This document shows, piece by piece, positions 16,911 through 26,799 of a stretch of DNA of 64,000 nt. The notes beneath the pieces are model-generated. The model was not told the DNA's origin and ran no database searches. It saw only the letters and a list, made by a program, of their open reading frames with translations. Origin of the DNA: a virus. Lineage: Duplodnaviria > Heunggongvirae > Uroviricota > Caudoviricetes. The stretch lies in IMG/VR virus record IMGVR_UViG_3300003267_000376, one strand, 5' to 3'. Each line of letters opens with the position of its first letter. The stretch's first letter is position 1. The position numbers were made by a program, and so were the translations under genes.

Positions 16911-17801
16911 ATGTACCTCACGCCTGAGCGTTACCGCACCATGGGTTTCGGTGTCGACCTGACTGGCATCGAAGAGTTCGAGCTGCGCTCTGCGCTGCAG
17001 GCGGCATCGGCCACAGTGGACTCCTATTGCAACATCCCGCTGCTCCCCCAGAAGCATGACTTCCGGGGCGGCACCATCACCGGCGAGATCCATCCCTGGC
17101 GGATCGGCAATGACACCGGCTCGGACCCGGGGCAGCGGCGGGTCTACTTCTTCCACCGTCCTGTCAAGACCGTCACCCAGCTGCGTATCCAGGTCACCAA
17201 TGCCCAGTATGTCGAGATCGGCGTCGACGATCTCTTCCTCAACCCCATTCAGGGTTGGGCGGAGGTGGTGTCACTGGCCGTCACCAGCATTGGTGTCTTC
17301 GGCTCCGGGCTACTGCCCAATATCGGTCTGGCCCGTCCCATGGCCAAGGTGTCGTACACCTATGGCTGGGAGTTCGCCGTAGAGGGCGAACAGCTCGATG
17401 AAACTGATGGCTTCACCTTCCGTGCCCAGAACCAATTCTGGGTCACTGACTCGGCCACGATCTACAACAACGGCGTCGAGGTCACCAGTGGCTTCACCCT
17501 CGACGAGACCGAAGGCACAGTCACCTTCGACACCCAGCCGCTGACCGATGACATCATCACCGCGGACTACACTCACAAACTGCCGCGCGAGATCCAGCGC
17601 GCGACTGGCATCGTCGCCACTGCCGCGCTGAATGAGCGAGAGCTCAGTGCAGCTGGTCTGGGCCGCATCGAGGCGCTGACCCTCGAAGAGATCACCATTC
17701 GGCGCAGCGTGGCGCAGCGCAACAATGCGATCAATAGCCACGTCATCCCCGAGGAAGCTGCCGCGTTGCTCGATGGATTTGCCTTCCGGACGGTGCGCTG
17801 A
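16911..17801 (+). CDS. putative head-tail connector/adaptor protein
   Basis: The position and the N-terminus (YLTPERYRTMGFGVDLTGIEEFELRSALQAA) resemble gp6/gp15-type adaptors. A GGAG RBS is upstream. The ORF is longer than usual for this family. Confidence 0.45.
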   Translation: MYLTPERYRTMGFGVDLTGIEEFELRSALQAASATVDSYCNIPLLPQKHDFRGGTITGEIHPWRIGNDTGSDPGQRRVYFFHRPVKTVTQLRIQVTNAQYVEIGVDDLFLNPIQGWAEVVSLAVTSIGVFGSGLLPNIGLARPMAKVSYTYGWEFAVEGEQLDETDGFTFRAQNQFWVTDSATIYNNGVEVTSGFTLDETEGTVTFDTQPLTDDIITADYTHKLPREIQRATGIVATAALNERELSAAGLGRIEALTLEEITIRRSVAQRNNAINSHVIPEEAAALLDGFAFRTVR

Positions 17802-18166
17802 TGGGCCTGTTCAGCAATGGTCAGATCACCGGATTGCGGCGCATCGCCGAGCGCGCGCTGGACACCGATGTCACCATCCTGCGCCGCAGCGTCAGTAGTT
17901 CCGCCTATGGCGATAACGACACTGAGACCTTCACGGCCACCGAGACCGTGAAGGGGTGGCTTCGCTCTGTGCCAGAAGACCAGGTGCAAGTCAGCTACGG
18001 CACGGAGCAGGTGCCGGCCTCGCACCGCCTGTTTGTGGCGGTCGGCACCGACATTCAGCCGTATGACAAGGTCGTCATCGGTGGCTTGGAATTCAAGGTC
18101 ATCGATACCAGTGTGGAGAGTACCTACCGCGTACTGCTCCGGGTGATGCTGCGAAAGAGTGAGTAA
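17801..18166 (+). CDS. head-tail joining (head closure) protein
   Basis: 121 aa in the expected position, with a pattern like SPP1 gp16-type proteins. Confidence 0.55.
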   Translation: MGLFSNGQITGLRRIAERALDTDVTILRRSVSSSAYGDNDTETFTATETVKGWLRSVPEDQVQVSYGTEQVPASHRLFVAVGTDIQPYDKVVIGGLEFKVIDTSVESTYRVLLRVMLRKSE

Positions 18167-18801
18167 TGGCGGCCGAGCCGAAGCTCCTGACGCTCAATAC
18201 CGACAAGATTGTGGTAGCCATCCGGGGCGCGGTCATGGCAGGCATGAATCACACCGTGCTCGACATGGAAGTCATTGCCCGCCGCAAGGCACCGGTGCGC
18301 AAGGTCTTCAACCGCAAGGCCGGGCGTGGGCGCCGGGCGAACGACTTCTTCCCGACCTTTCGCGTGCGCTATCCCAACGGCAAAGTGCGCTTTGTCACCG
18401 GTGACTTTCGCGCTGTCGAGCAGGTCGGACCGAACAAGTTCAAGCTCGAGCACAAGCTAGCGGAGCGGGTGCTGACGGCACGCGGTCGGGGCTATCTAAA
18501 GACTGGAGCGAACACGCTGCAGTTTGTGCATGCCGGTGATCGGATCATCCGTGTCGGCCGCAATGGTGGCGTCTTCAATGGCCGGCTGGGTGGTCGCCTC
18601 CGGCATGAAATCACTGCGGTGTTTGCCACCTGGGACGGGTCTCGTGCGCAGGGTGGGCTCATCTCGCCCACACCGTACGCCAAGTTCATGGAGCTGGGGA
18701 CCCGCTACGTCAAAAAACGCCCGTTCCTGCGCCCCGCCCTGCAGCACGAACGTGAGCACTACCGCGACAACATTATTCGGGCGCTCAGGGGATTGCGCTG
18801 A
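18166..18801 (+). CDS. HK97 gp10-like neck/tail-completion protein
   Basis: The C-terminal GTRYVKKRPFLRPAL motif is typical of the HK97 gp10 family. Confidence 0.55.
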   Translation: MAAEPKLLTLNTDKIVVAIRGAVMAGMNHTVLDMEVIARRKAPVRKVFNRKAGRGRRANDFFPTFRVRYPNGKVRFVTGDFRAVEQVGPNKFKLEHKLAERVLTARGRGYLKTGANTLQFVHAGDRIIRVGRNGGVFNGRLGGRLRHEITAVFATWDGSRAQGGLISPTPYAKFMELGTRYVKKRPFLRPALQHEREHYRDNIIRALRGLR

Positions 18802-19259
18802 TGCCAGTTACAAGTAGCGCCAAGATTAAACAAGCTCTTGTGGCGACGATGCGAGCTGATACCTCGCTTCGCACAGCAGTGAATGGCTTCCACGAGAGTT
18901 TCGCTCCGGCCAAGACGAACTACCCGTTCGTGACGTATGACCGCGTGAGCGCGCCATACGACTACGACTGGAGCAGCGTCACGCTCCGTAGCTACTGGGA
19001 TATCCAGGTGTGGAGCCGGAGTTCCGTCGAGGCTGAGGACCTCGATGCGCTCGTGACCACTGTCCTCAACGATGCGTCGTTGGTGGTGGCCGGGCAGTCC
19101 ACCCTTATCTGTCGTCGATATGCCGATCTGGGAGATCGCGATGTCGACGAGGAGGGGCAACCGATCTACATGGCTGGCGGCACCTACGAGGTGTGGACCA
19201 GCCAACCCGTCCCGCAACACGAGGAGACCTCGTTTGCCGCGGACGCGGTGCTTCTCTAA
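18801..19259 (+). CDS. tail terminator-like protein with C-terminal repeat-unit tag
   Basis: Position and size fit a tail terminator. The product ends in ETSFAADAVLL, identical in type to the 14-aa fibre repeat. Confidence 0.45.
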   Translation: MPVTSSAKIKQALVATMRADTSLRTAVNGFHESFAPAKTNYPFVTYDRVSAPYDYDWSSVTLRSYWDIQVWSRSSVEAEDLDALVTTVLNDASLVVAGQSTLICRRYADLGDRDVDEEGQPIYMAGGTYEVWTSQPVPQHEETSFAADAVLL

Positions 19260-19273
19260 CGAAAGGGTAACCC

Positions 19274-19699
19274 ATGGCTGCTAACAGCGGCACCAAGCTT
19301 CACGGCAAGAATGGTGCAATCTATCTCGATGGTCCGAAGGGGTCCGGCACCAAGGTCGCAACCAAGGCGGAGTGGACGCTCGCCCTGAACCGCGACTACG
19401 TGGATGCCACCGTCTTCGGTGAGACCAACAAGACCTATCTGGTCGGTCTGAAGGATATCTCGGGCACCTATGCGGGCCTGCTGGACGTGTCCGGCGACCT
19501 GCTGGTGAACGCGACCAGCTCGGACACGGTGAACATCTACCTGTACGCCGATGACCGCGGTGGTTCCGAGGTCCTGATCGCTTCTGGCCCTGGCCTGTTC
19601 GATGCCTCGATCAACGCCAGCAACACGGACGCGGTGCGCGTGACGGGTAACTTCCGCGCGGCCGGCTCGTGGGCCGTCTTCAGCTCTGGCTCGCTCTAA
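19274..19699 (+). CDS. major tail (tube) protein
   Basis: 141 aa and Gly/Ser/Thr-rich. The gene lies between the terminator gene and the chaperones. Confidence 0.5.
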   Translation: MAANSGTKLHGKNGAIYLDGPKGSGTKVATKAEWTLALNRDYVDATVFGETNKTYLVGLKDISGTYAGLLDVSGDLLVNATSSDTVNIYLYADDRGGSEVLIASGPGLFDASINASNTDAVRVTGNFRAAGSWAVFSSGSL

Positions 19700-19777
19700 G
19701 CCGAGTCCATAGCTTATCGTGGGAACCGGTGAACGGCCCGGGCTCTCAACCCTCACCTCCGATAGGAGAAGGATCAG

Positions 19778-20083
19778 ATGTACGTTCGCTCCCTAACCGG
19801 GACGGAAGGAGAGGTCTCCTTTCCGCTCATCGGCGCCCAAGTCGGGATCTTCAAGAGCTGGCAGCTCAATCGGCACGAGGACAATGGGGCCCACGAAGGG
19901 CCATTCGTTCTGCGTGCCGTTTTTTCGTACGTGAATCCATTGCTGTGGGATCAGCCCTACACGCGGCGGGTGATCATACGGATCGGCAAGAAGACCTACC
20001 GGCTCGAACAGGCGGCCGATGCGAAGACTGAACTGGTCCACCAGCAGCTCATCATGGAAGGAGTCTCTCTATGCCCGCTCTAG
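19778..20083 (+). CDS. hypothetical tail assembly protein
   Basis: 101-aa ORF immediately upstream of the G/G-T chaperone pair. Confidence 0.4.
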   Translation: MYVRSLTGTEGEVSFPLIGAQVGIFKSWQLNRHEDNGAHEGPFVLRAVFSYVNPLLWDQPYTRRVIIRIGKKTYRLEQAADAKTELVHQQLIMEGVSLCPL

Positions 20084-20382
20084 ACACCCGCAAGATCAAG
20101 GTGCGCGGCACCAAGTACACCATTCGCGAGCTCACTGCCGGTGAATACGATGATTGCGTGCGCGCCGCGACCAATGCCGAGGATGAAGTAGATACCGTTC
20201 TGTTGGCTAAGCTCATGGCGCTGAAGTGCGTCGAGCCGGTGATGACTGATGTCGAGCAGAGCGGCTTGCCATTCCGGGTGTGGCGCGCCATCAACCGTGC
20301 CATCAATGAACTCCATTATGTTGCGGAAGAGACTGACGAGGGAAACGCCTCCGACCCGAAGAACGACTCTACTGGGAGCTAG
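20071..20382 (+). CDS. tail assembly chaperone (gpG-like)
   Basis: Small acidic protein immediately upstream of the tape measure gene. Confidence 0.6.
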   Translation: MPALDTRKIKVRGTKYTIRELTAGEYDDCVRAATNAEDEVDTVLLAKLMALKCVEPVMTDVEQSGLPFRVWRAINRAINELHYVAEETDEGNASDPKNDSTGS

Positions 20383-20570
20383 GCGCCACCTTTGGCGTGC
20401 TCCCGCACGTGATTCGGGATCTTCCGTTTAGCGAATACGTCATGCTCCGAGCCGGTTTGCTCGATCGCGCCGATGCCCGGAGGAAGGCCATGGAGGCCGC
20501 GCAGAATGGGGACAACCCATTGGCCGACGCTCCATGGGAGGCTGAGTCGGTGACCACCCTCGCCGACTGA
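20071..20570 (+). CDS. tail assembly chaperone G-T fusion produced by -1 programmed frameshift
   Basis: The -1 frame stays open from the slip site to a TGA at 20568-20570. The predicted extension is ...GKRLRPEERLYWELGATFGVLPHVIRDLPFSEYVMLRAGLL... Confidence 0.55.
20340..20346 (+). other. slippery heptamer G GGA AAC (X XXY YYZ) for -1 ribosomal frameshifting
   Basis: The reading frame was checked by hand. Codons GAG GGA AAC lie in the G frame, 36 nt before its stop. Confidence 0.55.
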
Positions 20571-20580
20571 GGACACGCCC

Positions 20581-23500
20581 GTGGCCCAAGAACTCGATGC
20601 CATTAGCGTCAATATCTATGCTGATGTTTCTCAGCTCGAAAGCGACGTCAAGAAGGCTGCCAAGTCCATTGACGATCTCCAGGAACGCACCCGCAAGAAG
20701 GTAGCCCGGTTGGGCGTTGGCTTCCGCCAGGGTGATATCGCCGCTATGGACAAGGAGCTGGACACCCTTGCCAAGAAGCCGCGCGAGATTACCGTCAATC
20801 TGGTCGCCACCCCAGACAAGGAATCGAAGGCAAAGTTCAAGGGTGACATCGAGACCGCCCTTAACCGTGGGCAACCCATCCGGGTCAAGACCACGGTGCA
20901 GCTGGATAAGTCGAACATTGATTCCATGCGGCAGGCGATCAAGAACGCCGTGGCTGGTATCAAGGCCACCGTCAATGTCGAAGGCCGCTGGATGGGCTGG
21001 GAAGGTGGCGAACCACCGACCGACATCATCAACATCCGCGGGGGCGGCTCGGGGCCGGGTGGGGCCCCAGCTGGCGGCACGGTCCACATTCAAGAAGAAG
21101 TCAAGAAGGCGCTCAACGAGGCGCTGAGCGGCGAACGCGTGGCGCAGCCCGCTCCATCGAGCGTGGTCGAGCGCCCCGAGACCAAGCACACTGAAAAATC
21201 AAGCACCGTCGTCGGTGGCCCGGCAGGGACAACCCGTACCACGGAGGAGGTCACCAAGAAGACCACCACTGAGGCGGTGCCGAGCTCCAATGTCGTGGCC
21301 AATCCCAAGCCGCGGGCGGACCAGATGCAGCCAGCGGCACGGGAAACGACCCTCGAGCCCGGCTATGCCCAGGGTGCCACGGTCATGTCCGGCAAGCACC
21401 CCGGTGGCCAGTCCGTCACGGTCACCAAGGGCATGGCTGATATGGAAGAGAAGATCCGGCTCGACCGCAAGGAAGAGATCAATGATCTGCTCGGCCTGCT
21501 CAAGAAGCTCAAGATCGGGTTTGACCCAGATCTCGGGACGGTGGGGGTCGAGGGCCGCCGTCCGTCCAAGATCGCGAACTTCGATTTCTCCAAGGCGGTG
21601 TTCCCCAAGAAGGGCGTGACGCCGGAGATGTTCGGTCAACTGGCCAGCATGGGGATTGATGCCACTGGCGATCCGCTGGTGGTCCTCTCCCAGCTGCGTG
21701 AGAAGCTGACCGCTGCGGTCGACGCCTACAACGCCATCCAGCCCTTCCGCGCCATGGAAGAGGATGTTAACGGTCCCCAGCTGCGCCCTGGCAAGCGGGG
21801 CCAAACCGTGGCTGCGCACCCCGAAAGCATCCTGCGCCTGGCTCCCTCGCCAGACGATCTGTCCCCGGCCGAGCAGCGTGCCAACGAAGCGAAGCGCGCG
21901 ATCATGTTCGAGCAAGCCGCCGATCTCACCGAGGGTTCCATTCCTAAGGGCGAGATGGCCCTCGGTTTCACGCGTGGTGATATCCGCCGCCGTGAGCGTG
22001 TTAAGGGTGCCATCGCTGAACTTAAGGAGCAGCTGAGCGCTGGCGAAGCGCCCTTCCAGGCCGAAATGGAAGAGATGGCAGCGCTAGCCAAGGCAGCGGA
22101 GACTAACCCTGGAGGTCGCTATTCGGTCAAGCCGCGCGCACTGGTACCAGGTGACATTGCTCATGCGGGTCTACGCGTTGGTATGGATCGCGGGCTGCTC
22201 GAGGACTTGCTAGACCAGCCTGGTCACGATGCGGAGTCCTTCCAGCGCGCCCTAGAAGGCGCCTATGCCGAGAACGATATCGGTGAGGATTCGGACCTGA
22301 TCCAGAACTTCCGGGATGAGATTGCCCAGCTCAATCCGATGCAAGAGATCGACTTCCGCACTGCGGCGCTCAACATCGCCACTGGTCTCGAAGAGACCAT
22401 CGTCGGTCTCCAAAAGGGCGATCCGAAGTTCGCGCGCCAGGTCCGTGCTGCCCGTAAGGGTGAGCGCTCCAATCCAGGCTTGAAGCTCGTCTTCGATGCG
22501 ATCAACGCCACCCGCTCGCGGCTTGGCCGACTCGTACCACTGGATGTCAATAACCCCGAAGGCGAGCAATTCGCCGTAGGCGGTGAGCTGAACCGCTTGA
22601 GCGAAGAGGATCTCGGCGAGATCGCCGCCAATCAGGCGCGCGCCGAGTCTTCGCGCATGCTGAAACTATTTGAAGAGTTCAGCCAGACGAAAAACCCCAA
22701 GACCGGTCGTCCATTTGGCTTGCCAGCCATCAGGAATGACAACCCGGTTGCTCGCGATATTCAGCGGGTGTTGACCGATCGGCCGCGCATTCGCGCCGAG
22801 ATGAAGGCTGCCAAGAAGGAACTACGCAAGGGTGGACCGCAGCTGGATGAGCCCATCCCGGATCCGGAACGCACCAAGCTGTTGCGGCGTCAGGCCATCA
22901 TCGAAGGCGATCTGCGCACCACCGACGACGAGAGCGTGAAGCCTCGTCTCGCTGCCGAGTTGGGTGCCATCAAGCGCGAGCTGAGCACTCGACCGCGACG
23001 TACCCGACGTCAGTACCTCGAGAGCCTAACCCTCCCGCAGCTGCCGACGTTGCCGGCGGAGGTGGAAAAGCAGATCGCTCGCGGCGACCTCAGCCTCTTC
23101 CGTGCCACACCCGAATACCAAGATGCCTTCAGCCGCTTCGTCCGTGAGCGGGATGAAGAAGACAAGGACCGGCTGGAGACGCAAAACGAGCGCACCAGCC
23201 GCGCCCCGCGCCGCAAGATGCGCACCTCGAAGCCACTGGACGCGATGGATCTCGCGCTCCGCCGTGGCGCCATCGCGGAAGAACTCACCGGCGGAGCCTC
23301 AGGCAAGCATGCCGACAACCTGCGCGCTGAGCTAAAGGGCATCACCGAAGAGCTCGACCGCAACAAGACCTTCTATCTGAAGCAAGAACAGGAGGCGATT
23401 CTCGACAAGCTCAGCGATTCGGAGAATCCGCCAACCACCGCTGAGCGGCGCAAACTAATGCAGGCCTACGATCTCAAGTCAGCTGACGTCCTTGAGTCCG

Positions 23501-26500
23501 AGGCCGATGACCTGATGAAGGAACTACAGAATCCGCATCGGGTGGGGCTCATTGAGCATGGCGAAGAGGCGGTCCTCGCCAAGCGGCAGCGTGCCACCCT
23601 GCTGCGCCGTAAGTATGAGATCACCAACCCGGAGCTGCCTGCGTATCTGCAACAGTTCCTCGCCGGGGGAGATGAAGACTTGGGCGAAGGCCCAGGTGCC
23701 ACGCGTCGCAAGGCACGGGATCCAGGCCTTGCGATCCCCACTGGTAAGGCTCGGCTGGAAAGCACGTTAGTCGAACTGGAGGGGATGACTCCCCAGTTGG
23801 CGTCCGGGATCCTTCGACGCAAGTCGGGGGACACCTCAGTAGCCCAGGTCGAGGCGGCACTGCTGTACAAGCAGGGTCTCCGCGCGGTCGGAGGCCAACT
23901 GGTGAGCGCGGGTGGTGGCCCGGGCGGCATTCAGCGCGTCCACGTGGTGAACTTCAAGGAGATCCAGAGCCTGTTGGCCAAGGGCGGTGCTGCCGGTGGC
24001 GGGAGCCCACAAGCTGGGCCCACGCCAGCAGCGGTAACAGCCAACCAACCGGTCACCAAGCTCGGTGGGCCATCGTCGACAGCACAGAAGATCGCCTCGC
24101 GCTTCTTCAAGGGAGACATCCCCTTCGGTGTCGACCCGCGCGTGCTCGAAGCGCTCGAGCATCCCGCCGATGCGGCGACCATCGACCAGCGGCTCAAGGA
24201 GCTGACCGCGTCCCGCGAGACGACCAAGCGGACCCAAGAACTCATCACCTCACGATCGCCAACCGTGGCAGCCGGCCAGGCCTTGCAGGCCCTGTTCGGC
24301 GGTCGCCCAGAAGTCATCACTGCTATTCAGCAGTTCAATGCACTAAAGACCGAGCAGGGCACCCTGCTCCGGCAACGTCGCGTGCGCGAGCAAGTAACCA
24401 TCCCGCGTTTGACGATTGAGCGTGAGCAAGCGGAGGCCGCCGGTGATACGGAGCGCGCCCTGCGCAAGCAGGACGCCATTGAAAAAGAGAACCTGAAGAC
24501 CGCCTTCGGTGAGGTGCGGCTACAGGACATTGAAGATGAGCTGCCGGCCCTAAAGGATCAGTTCGAGGGCTTTAACCCGGTCCTCAAGTCGTTCACCTCC
24601 CTGACCCTGGGTGCCATTGGTGGCACCCTGCTGTTCGGTGCCACCCTGCAGGCAGCCCAAGCTGGCGTGCAGCTGATTGGGGCTGCGCTCAAGCCTGGCA
24701 TTGAGCTGATGACCAACTATGGTGAGCAAGCGGTTGTCACCTCGAAAGCGCTTGGAGAACTCACCAGTCAGGCCGGCGGTTCAGCGAAGGCGGGCGTGGC
24801 GAGCGCGCTATTCAGCGCGGGACTACCGACCAATCTCACCTTGCGCCCGGAGCTGGAACGCGCCGCCACGGTAGGCGCTGGCCTGAGCGCGCTGGATCAG
24901 CAAGACCAGCTCTTCAAGACGGCGGTGAATTTCCGCCTCAATCCCAATGCTGGCATCACGTTCCCCGTGGGGGGCGGCCCGTTCGGCTTCAATGCCGAGA
25001 ACAGCGCGCTGCGCCGCTTTAAGAACAATCTTGGCGATGTATTCCAGACCCAAGTCTTTGGTGCTCTCCGCTTGCCAGGACAGACTCCAGAGCATGATAA
25101 GGCTGTCATCGACGCCATCAACGATCAGTTCAAGGATGTCGGCGTCAAGCTCGTTGATGAAGCCTCATCGGGCCTAAGCGAGGGGGCGCTCAAGGCCCAA
25201 CGCGAAAGCCTCAAACAAATCGACTCGGAATATGACTTCCTCGCCAACCAGAAGGTCTCCGAGATCGTCGCGAACCAGCTCGAAGACCGCGGCTTGGTCC
25301 TCGTCGGAGCGGAGAGCGGTAAGCCGCTGACCGGCTCCCAATTCCAGGGTGCCCTCGGTGGCCAGATTATCGAAGCGACCAAGAAGTCGGTCGATGCGTT
25401 GATCCAGGCGCAAGAGCCTCAAATTCAAGCGCAGCGTGCCACCCTGCAGGAACAGCGACAGCTCAACGATCGGCTGTCCACGGTGCAGTTCGCTGTCAAC
25501 AGCCTTGAGAATCCACCGCTGCCGCCCGGAGTGGGCATCCCGACTGGTCTCAACGTGGCGGGTGCCCCCCAAGGCCCTAGCACGACCTCGGTACAGGCCT
25601 TCACCCAGTTGCAAGCTCTACGCGGTCTGGGTCAGCAACAGATCCTCGATATCGTTGGCAAAACCTTCCCCGAACGGTTGGACACCGTCAAGTCGGAACT
25701 GAGGGACATCAACGCTCTGTCCTCGCAGATTGCCGAGCGGCAGATCAACCTGATTAGCGAACAGCAAGCGCACCAGGTGGCCGTCATGAACGAGCAGCTC
25801 TATGTTGCTGCTCGTAACGTCCGCGACCTGCAAGCCCTGAGCGGTCAGGGCGGCGGCTCAGTATTTGGCCAGTGGCAGCGCGACATTTTGATGGCGAACC
25901 GCCAGTTGACGGTGCTTGGTCAGGATTCAGCCAAGATCAGCCTTGGTATCAGCCAACGGCAACTGAATTTGCAGCGCTCATTGGCCGGGCTCGGCGTGGC
26001 CGGGGAGACGCCAGAAGAGCGCTTCTTGCGGCAGAAGGCGGTCGAGGAAGAACTCAAGGATCAGCAACGCCTGCTCAACAATCAGGGTAGGGCGATCGCC
26101 ATTCAAGATCGCATCATCCCGCTCTCGTTCAAGGTGGAAGACATCACCCTTGACCGCAACTTCCGTGATGCTCGCAAGCAGCTCGGATTGATGCGGGACG
26201 AGATTCGGATTACCGCTGATGCCGCCCAGGCTGAGGAGGAGATCCGCAACCTGTCAGATCTCATGCAGCTCAAAGTGAATCAGCTCAATAACGATATTCA
26301 GGCGGGTGTGGGGGACCTCAATATCGAGATGCAGGTTTACCAACAGGCCGTGGCCGATACGTTAGGTGACTGGCGCAAGACGCGTAACGTTGTGAGCGAT
26401 ATCTTCCAGACGCTACGCGGTGACAACGGTACGAGTGGCGGGGGCGGTACAGCATCCAATTACGTAACGATCAATGGGGTTCGTTATCCGGACTTCAACC

Positions 26501-26799
26501 ACAACCGCGTGCCGGACAGTAAGGAGCATTTCGCCACCGGCGGTTTGTTTAACACCACCGGGCCGGTCGACATGACCGTGGGCGAGGCGGGCACTGAGAC
26601 GGTGGCCGTCCTGCGCAATCCGCGTGGCTTCTTCGCGAGCGGCATCGAGACCGGTAGCGTCAGCCTCAACATCAACGTCACCGGCAACACCGTCCGCAAC
26701 GAGGCGGATTTGGACGAATTGGTGCGGCGCATCACCAATGAAGTGCAATACGCCCTCGCGCAGCAGTCTGCGCTGCGTGGTCTGCGCTCGCCCGGCTGA
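20581..26799 (+). CDS. tape measure protein (2072 aa)
   Basis: A very long helical ORF follows the G/G-T pair. The start is GTG. Confidence 0.9.
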   Translation: MAQELDAISVNIYADVSQLESDVKKAAKSIDDLQERTRKKVARLGVGFRQGDIAAMDKELDTLAKKPREITVNLVATPDKESKAKFKGDIETALNRGQPIRVKTTVQLDKSNIDSMRQAIKNAVAGIKATVNVEGRWMGWEGGEPPTDIINIRGGGSGPGGAPAGGTVHIQEEVKKALNEALSGERVAQPAPSSVVERPETKHTEKSSTVVGGPAGTTRTTEEVTKKTTTEAVPSSNVVANPKPRADQMQPAARETTLEPGYAQGATVMSGKHPGGQSVTVTKGMADMEEKIRLDRKEEINDLLGLLKKLKIGFDPDLGTVGVEGRRPSKIANFDFSKAVFPKKGVTPEMFGQLASMGIDATGDPLVVLSQLREKLTAAVDAYNAIQPFRAMEEDVNGPQLRPGKRGQTVAAHPESILRLAPSPDDLSPAEQRANEAKRAIMFEQAADLTEGSIPKGEMALGFTRGDIRRRERVKGAIAELKEQLSAGEAPFQAEMEEMAALAKAAETNPGGRYSVKPRALVPGDIAHAGLRVGMDRGLLEDLLDQPGHDAESFQRALEGAYAENDIGEDSDLIQNFRDEIAQLNPMQEIDFRTAALNIATGLEETIVGLQKGDPKFARQVRAARKGERSNPGLKLVFDAINATRSRLGRLVPLDVNNPEGEQFAVGGELNRLSEEDLGEIAANQARAESSRMLKLFEEFSQTKNPKTGRPFGLPAIRNDNPVARDIQRVLTDRPRIRAEMKAAKKELRKGGPQLDEPIPDPERTKLLRRQAIIEGDLRTTDDESVKPRLAAELGAIKRELSTRPRRTRRQYLESLTLPQLPTLPAEVEKQIARGDLSLFRATPEYQDAFSRFVRERDEEDKDRLETQNERTSRAPRRKMRTSKPLDAMDLALRRGAIAEELTGGASGKHADNLRAELKGITEELDRNKTFYLKQEQEAILDKLSDSENPPTTAERRKLMQAYDLKSADVLESEADDLMKELQNPHRVGLIEHGEEAVLAKRQRATLLRRKYEITNPELPAYLQQFLAGGDEDLGEGPGATRRKARDPGLAIPTGKARLESTLVELEGMTPQLASGILRRKSGDTSVAQVEAALLYKQGLRAVGGQLVSAGGGPGGIQRVHVVNFKEIQSLLAKGGAAGGGSPQAGPTPAAVTANQPVTKLGGPSSTAQKIASRFFKGDIPFGVDPRVLEALEHPADAATIDQRLKELTASRETTKRTQELITSRSPTVAAGQALQALFGGRPEVITAIQQFNALKTEQGTLLRQRRVREQVTIPRLTIEREQAEAAGDTERALRKQDAIEKENLKTAFGEVRLQDIEDELPALKDQFEGFNPVLKSFTSLTLGAIGGTLLFGATLQAAQAGVQLIGAALKPGIELMTNYGEQAVVTSKALGELTSQAGGSAKAGVASALFSAGLPTNLTLRPELERAATVGAGLSALDQQDQLFKTAVNFRLNPNAGITFPVGGGPFGFNAENSALRRFKNNLGDVFQTQVFGALRLPGQTPEHDKAVIDAINDQFKDVGVKLVDEASSGLSEGALKAQRESLKQIDSEYDFLANQKVSEIVANQLEDRGLVLVGAESGKPLTGSQFQGALGGQIIEATKKSVDALIQAQEPQIQAQRATLQEQRQLNDRLSTVQFAVNSLENPPLPPGVGIPTGLNVAGAPQGPSTTSVQAFTQLQALRGLGQQQILDIVGKTFPERLDTVKSELRDINALSSQIAERQINLISEQQAHQVAVMNEQLYVAARNVRDLQALSGQGGGSVFGQWQRDILMANRQLTVLGQDSAKISLGISQRQLNLQRSLAGLGVAGETPEERFLRQKAVEEELKDQQRLLNNQGRAIAIQDRIIPLSFKVEDITLDRNFRDARKQLGLMRDEIRITADAAQAEEEIRNLSDLMQLKVNQLNNDIQAGVGDLNIEMQVYQQAVADTLGDWRKTRNVVSDIFQTLRGDNGTSGGGGTASNYVTINGVRYPDFNHNRVPDSKEHFATGGLFNTTGPVDMTVGEAGTETVAVLRNPRGFFASGIETGSVSLNINVTGNTVRNEADLDELVRRITNEVQYALAQQSALRGLRSPG

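Noticed and set aside
20440-21189. 249-aa minus-strand ORF and others antisense to the tape measure gene
   Set aside because: The tape measure ORF is continuous on the plus strand. These are GC artefacts.
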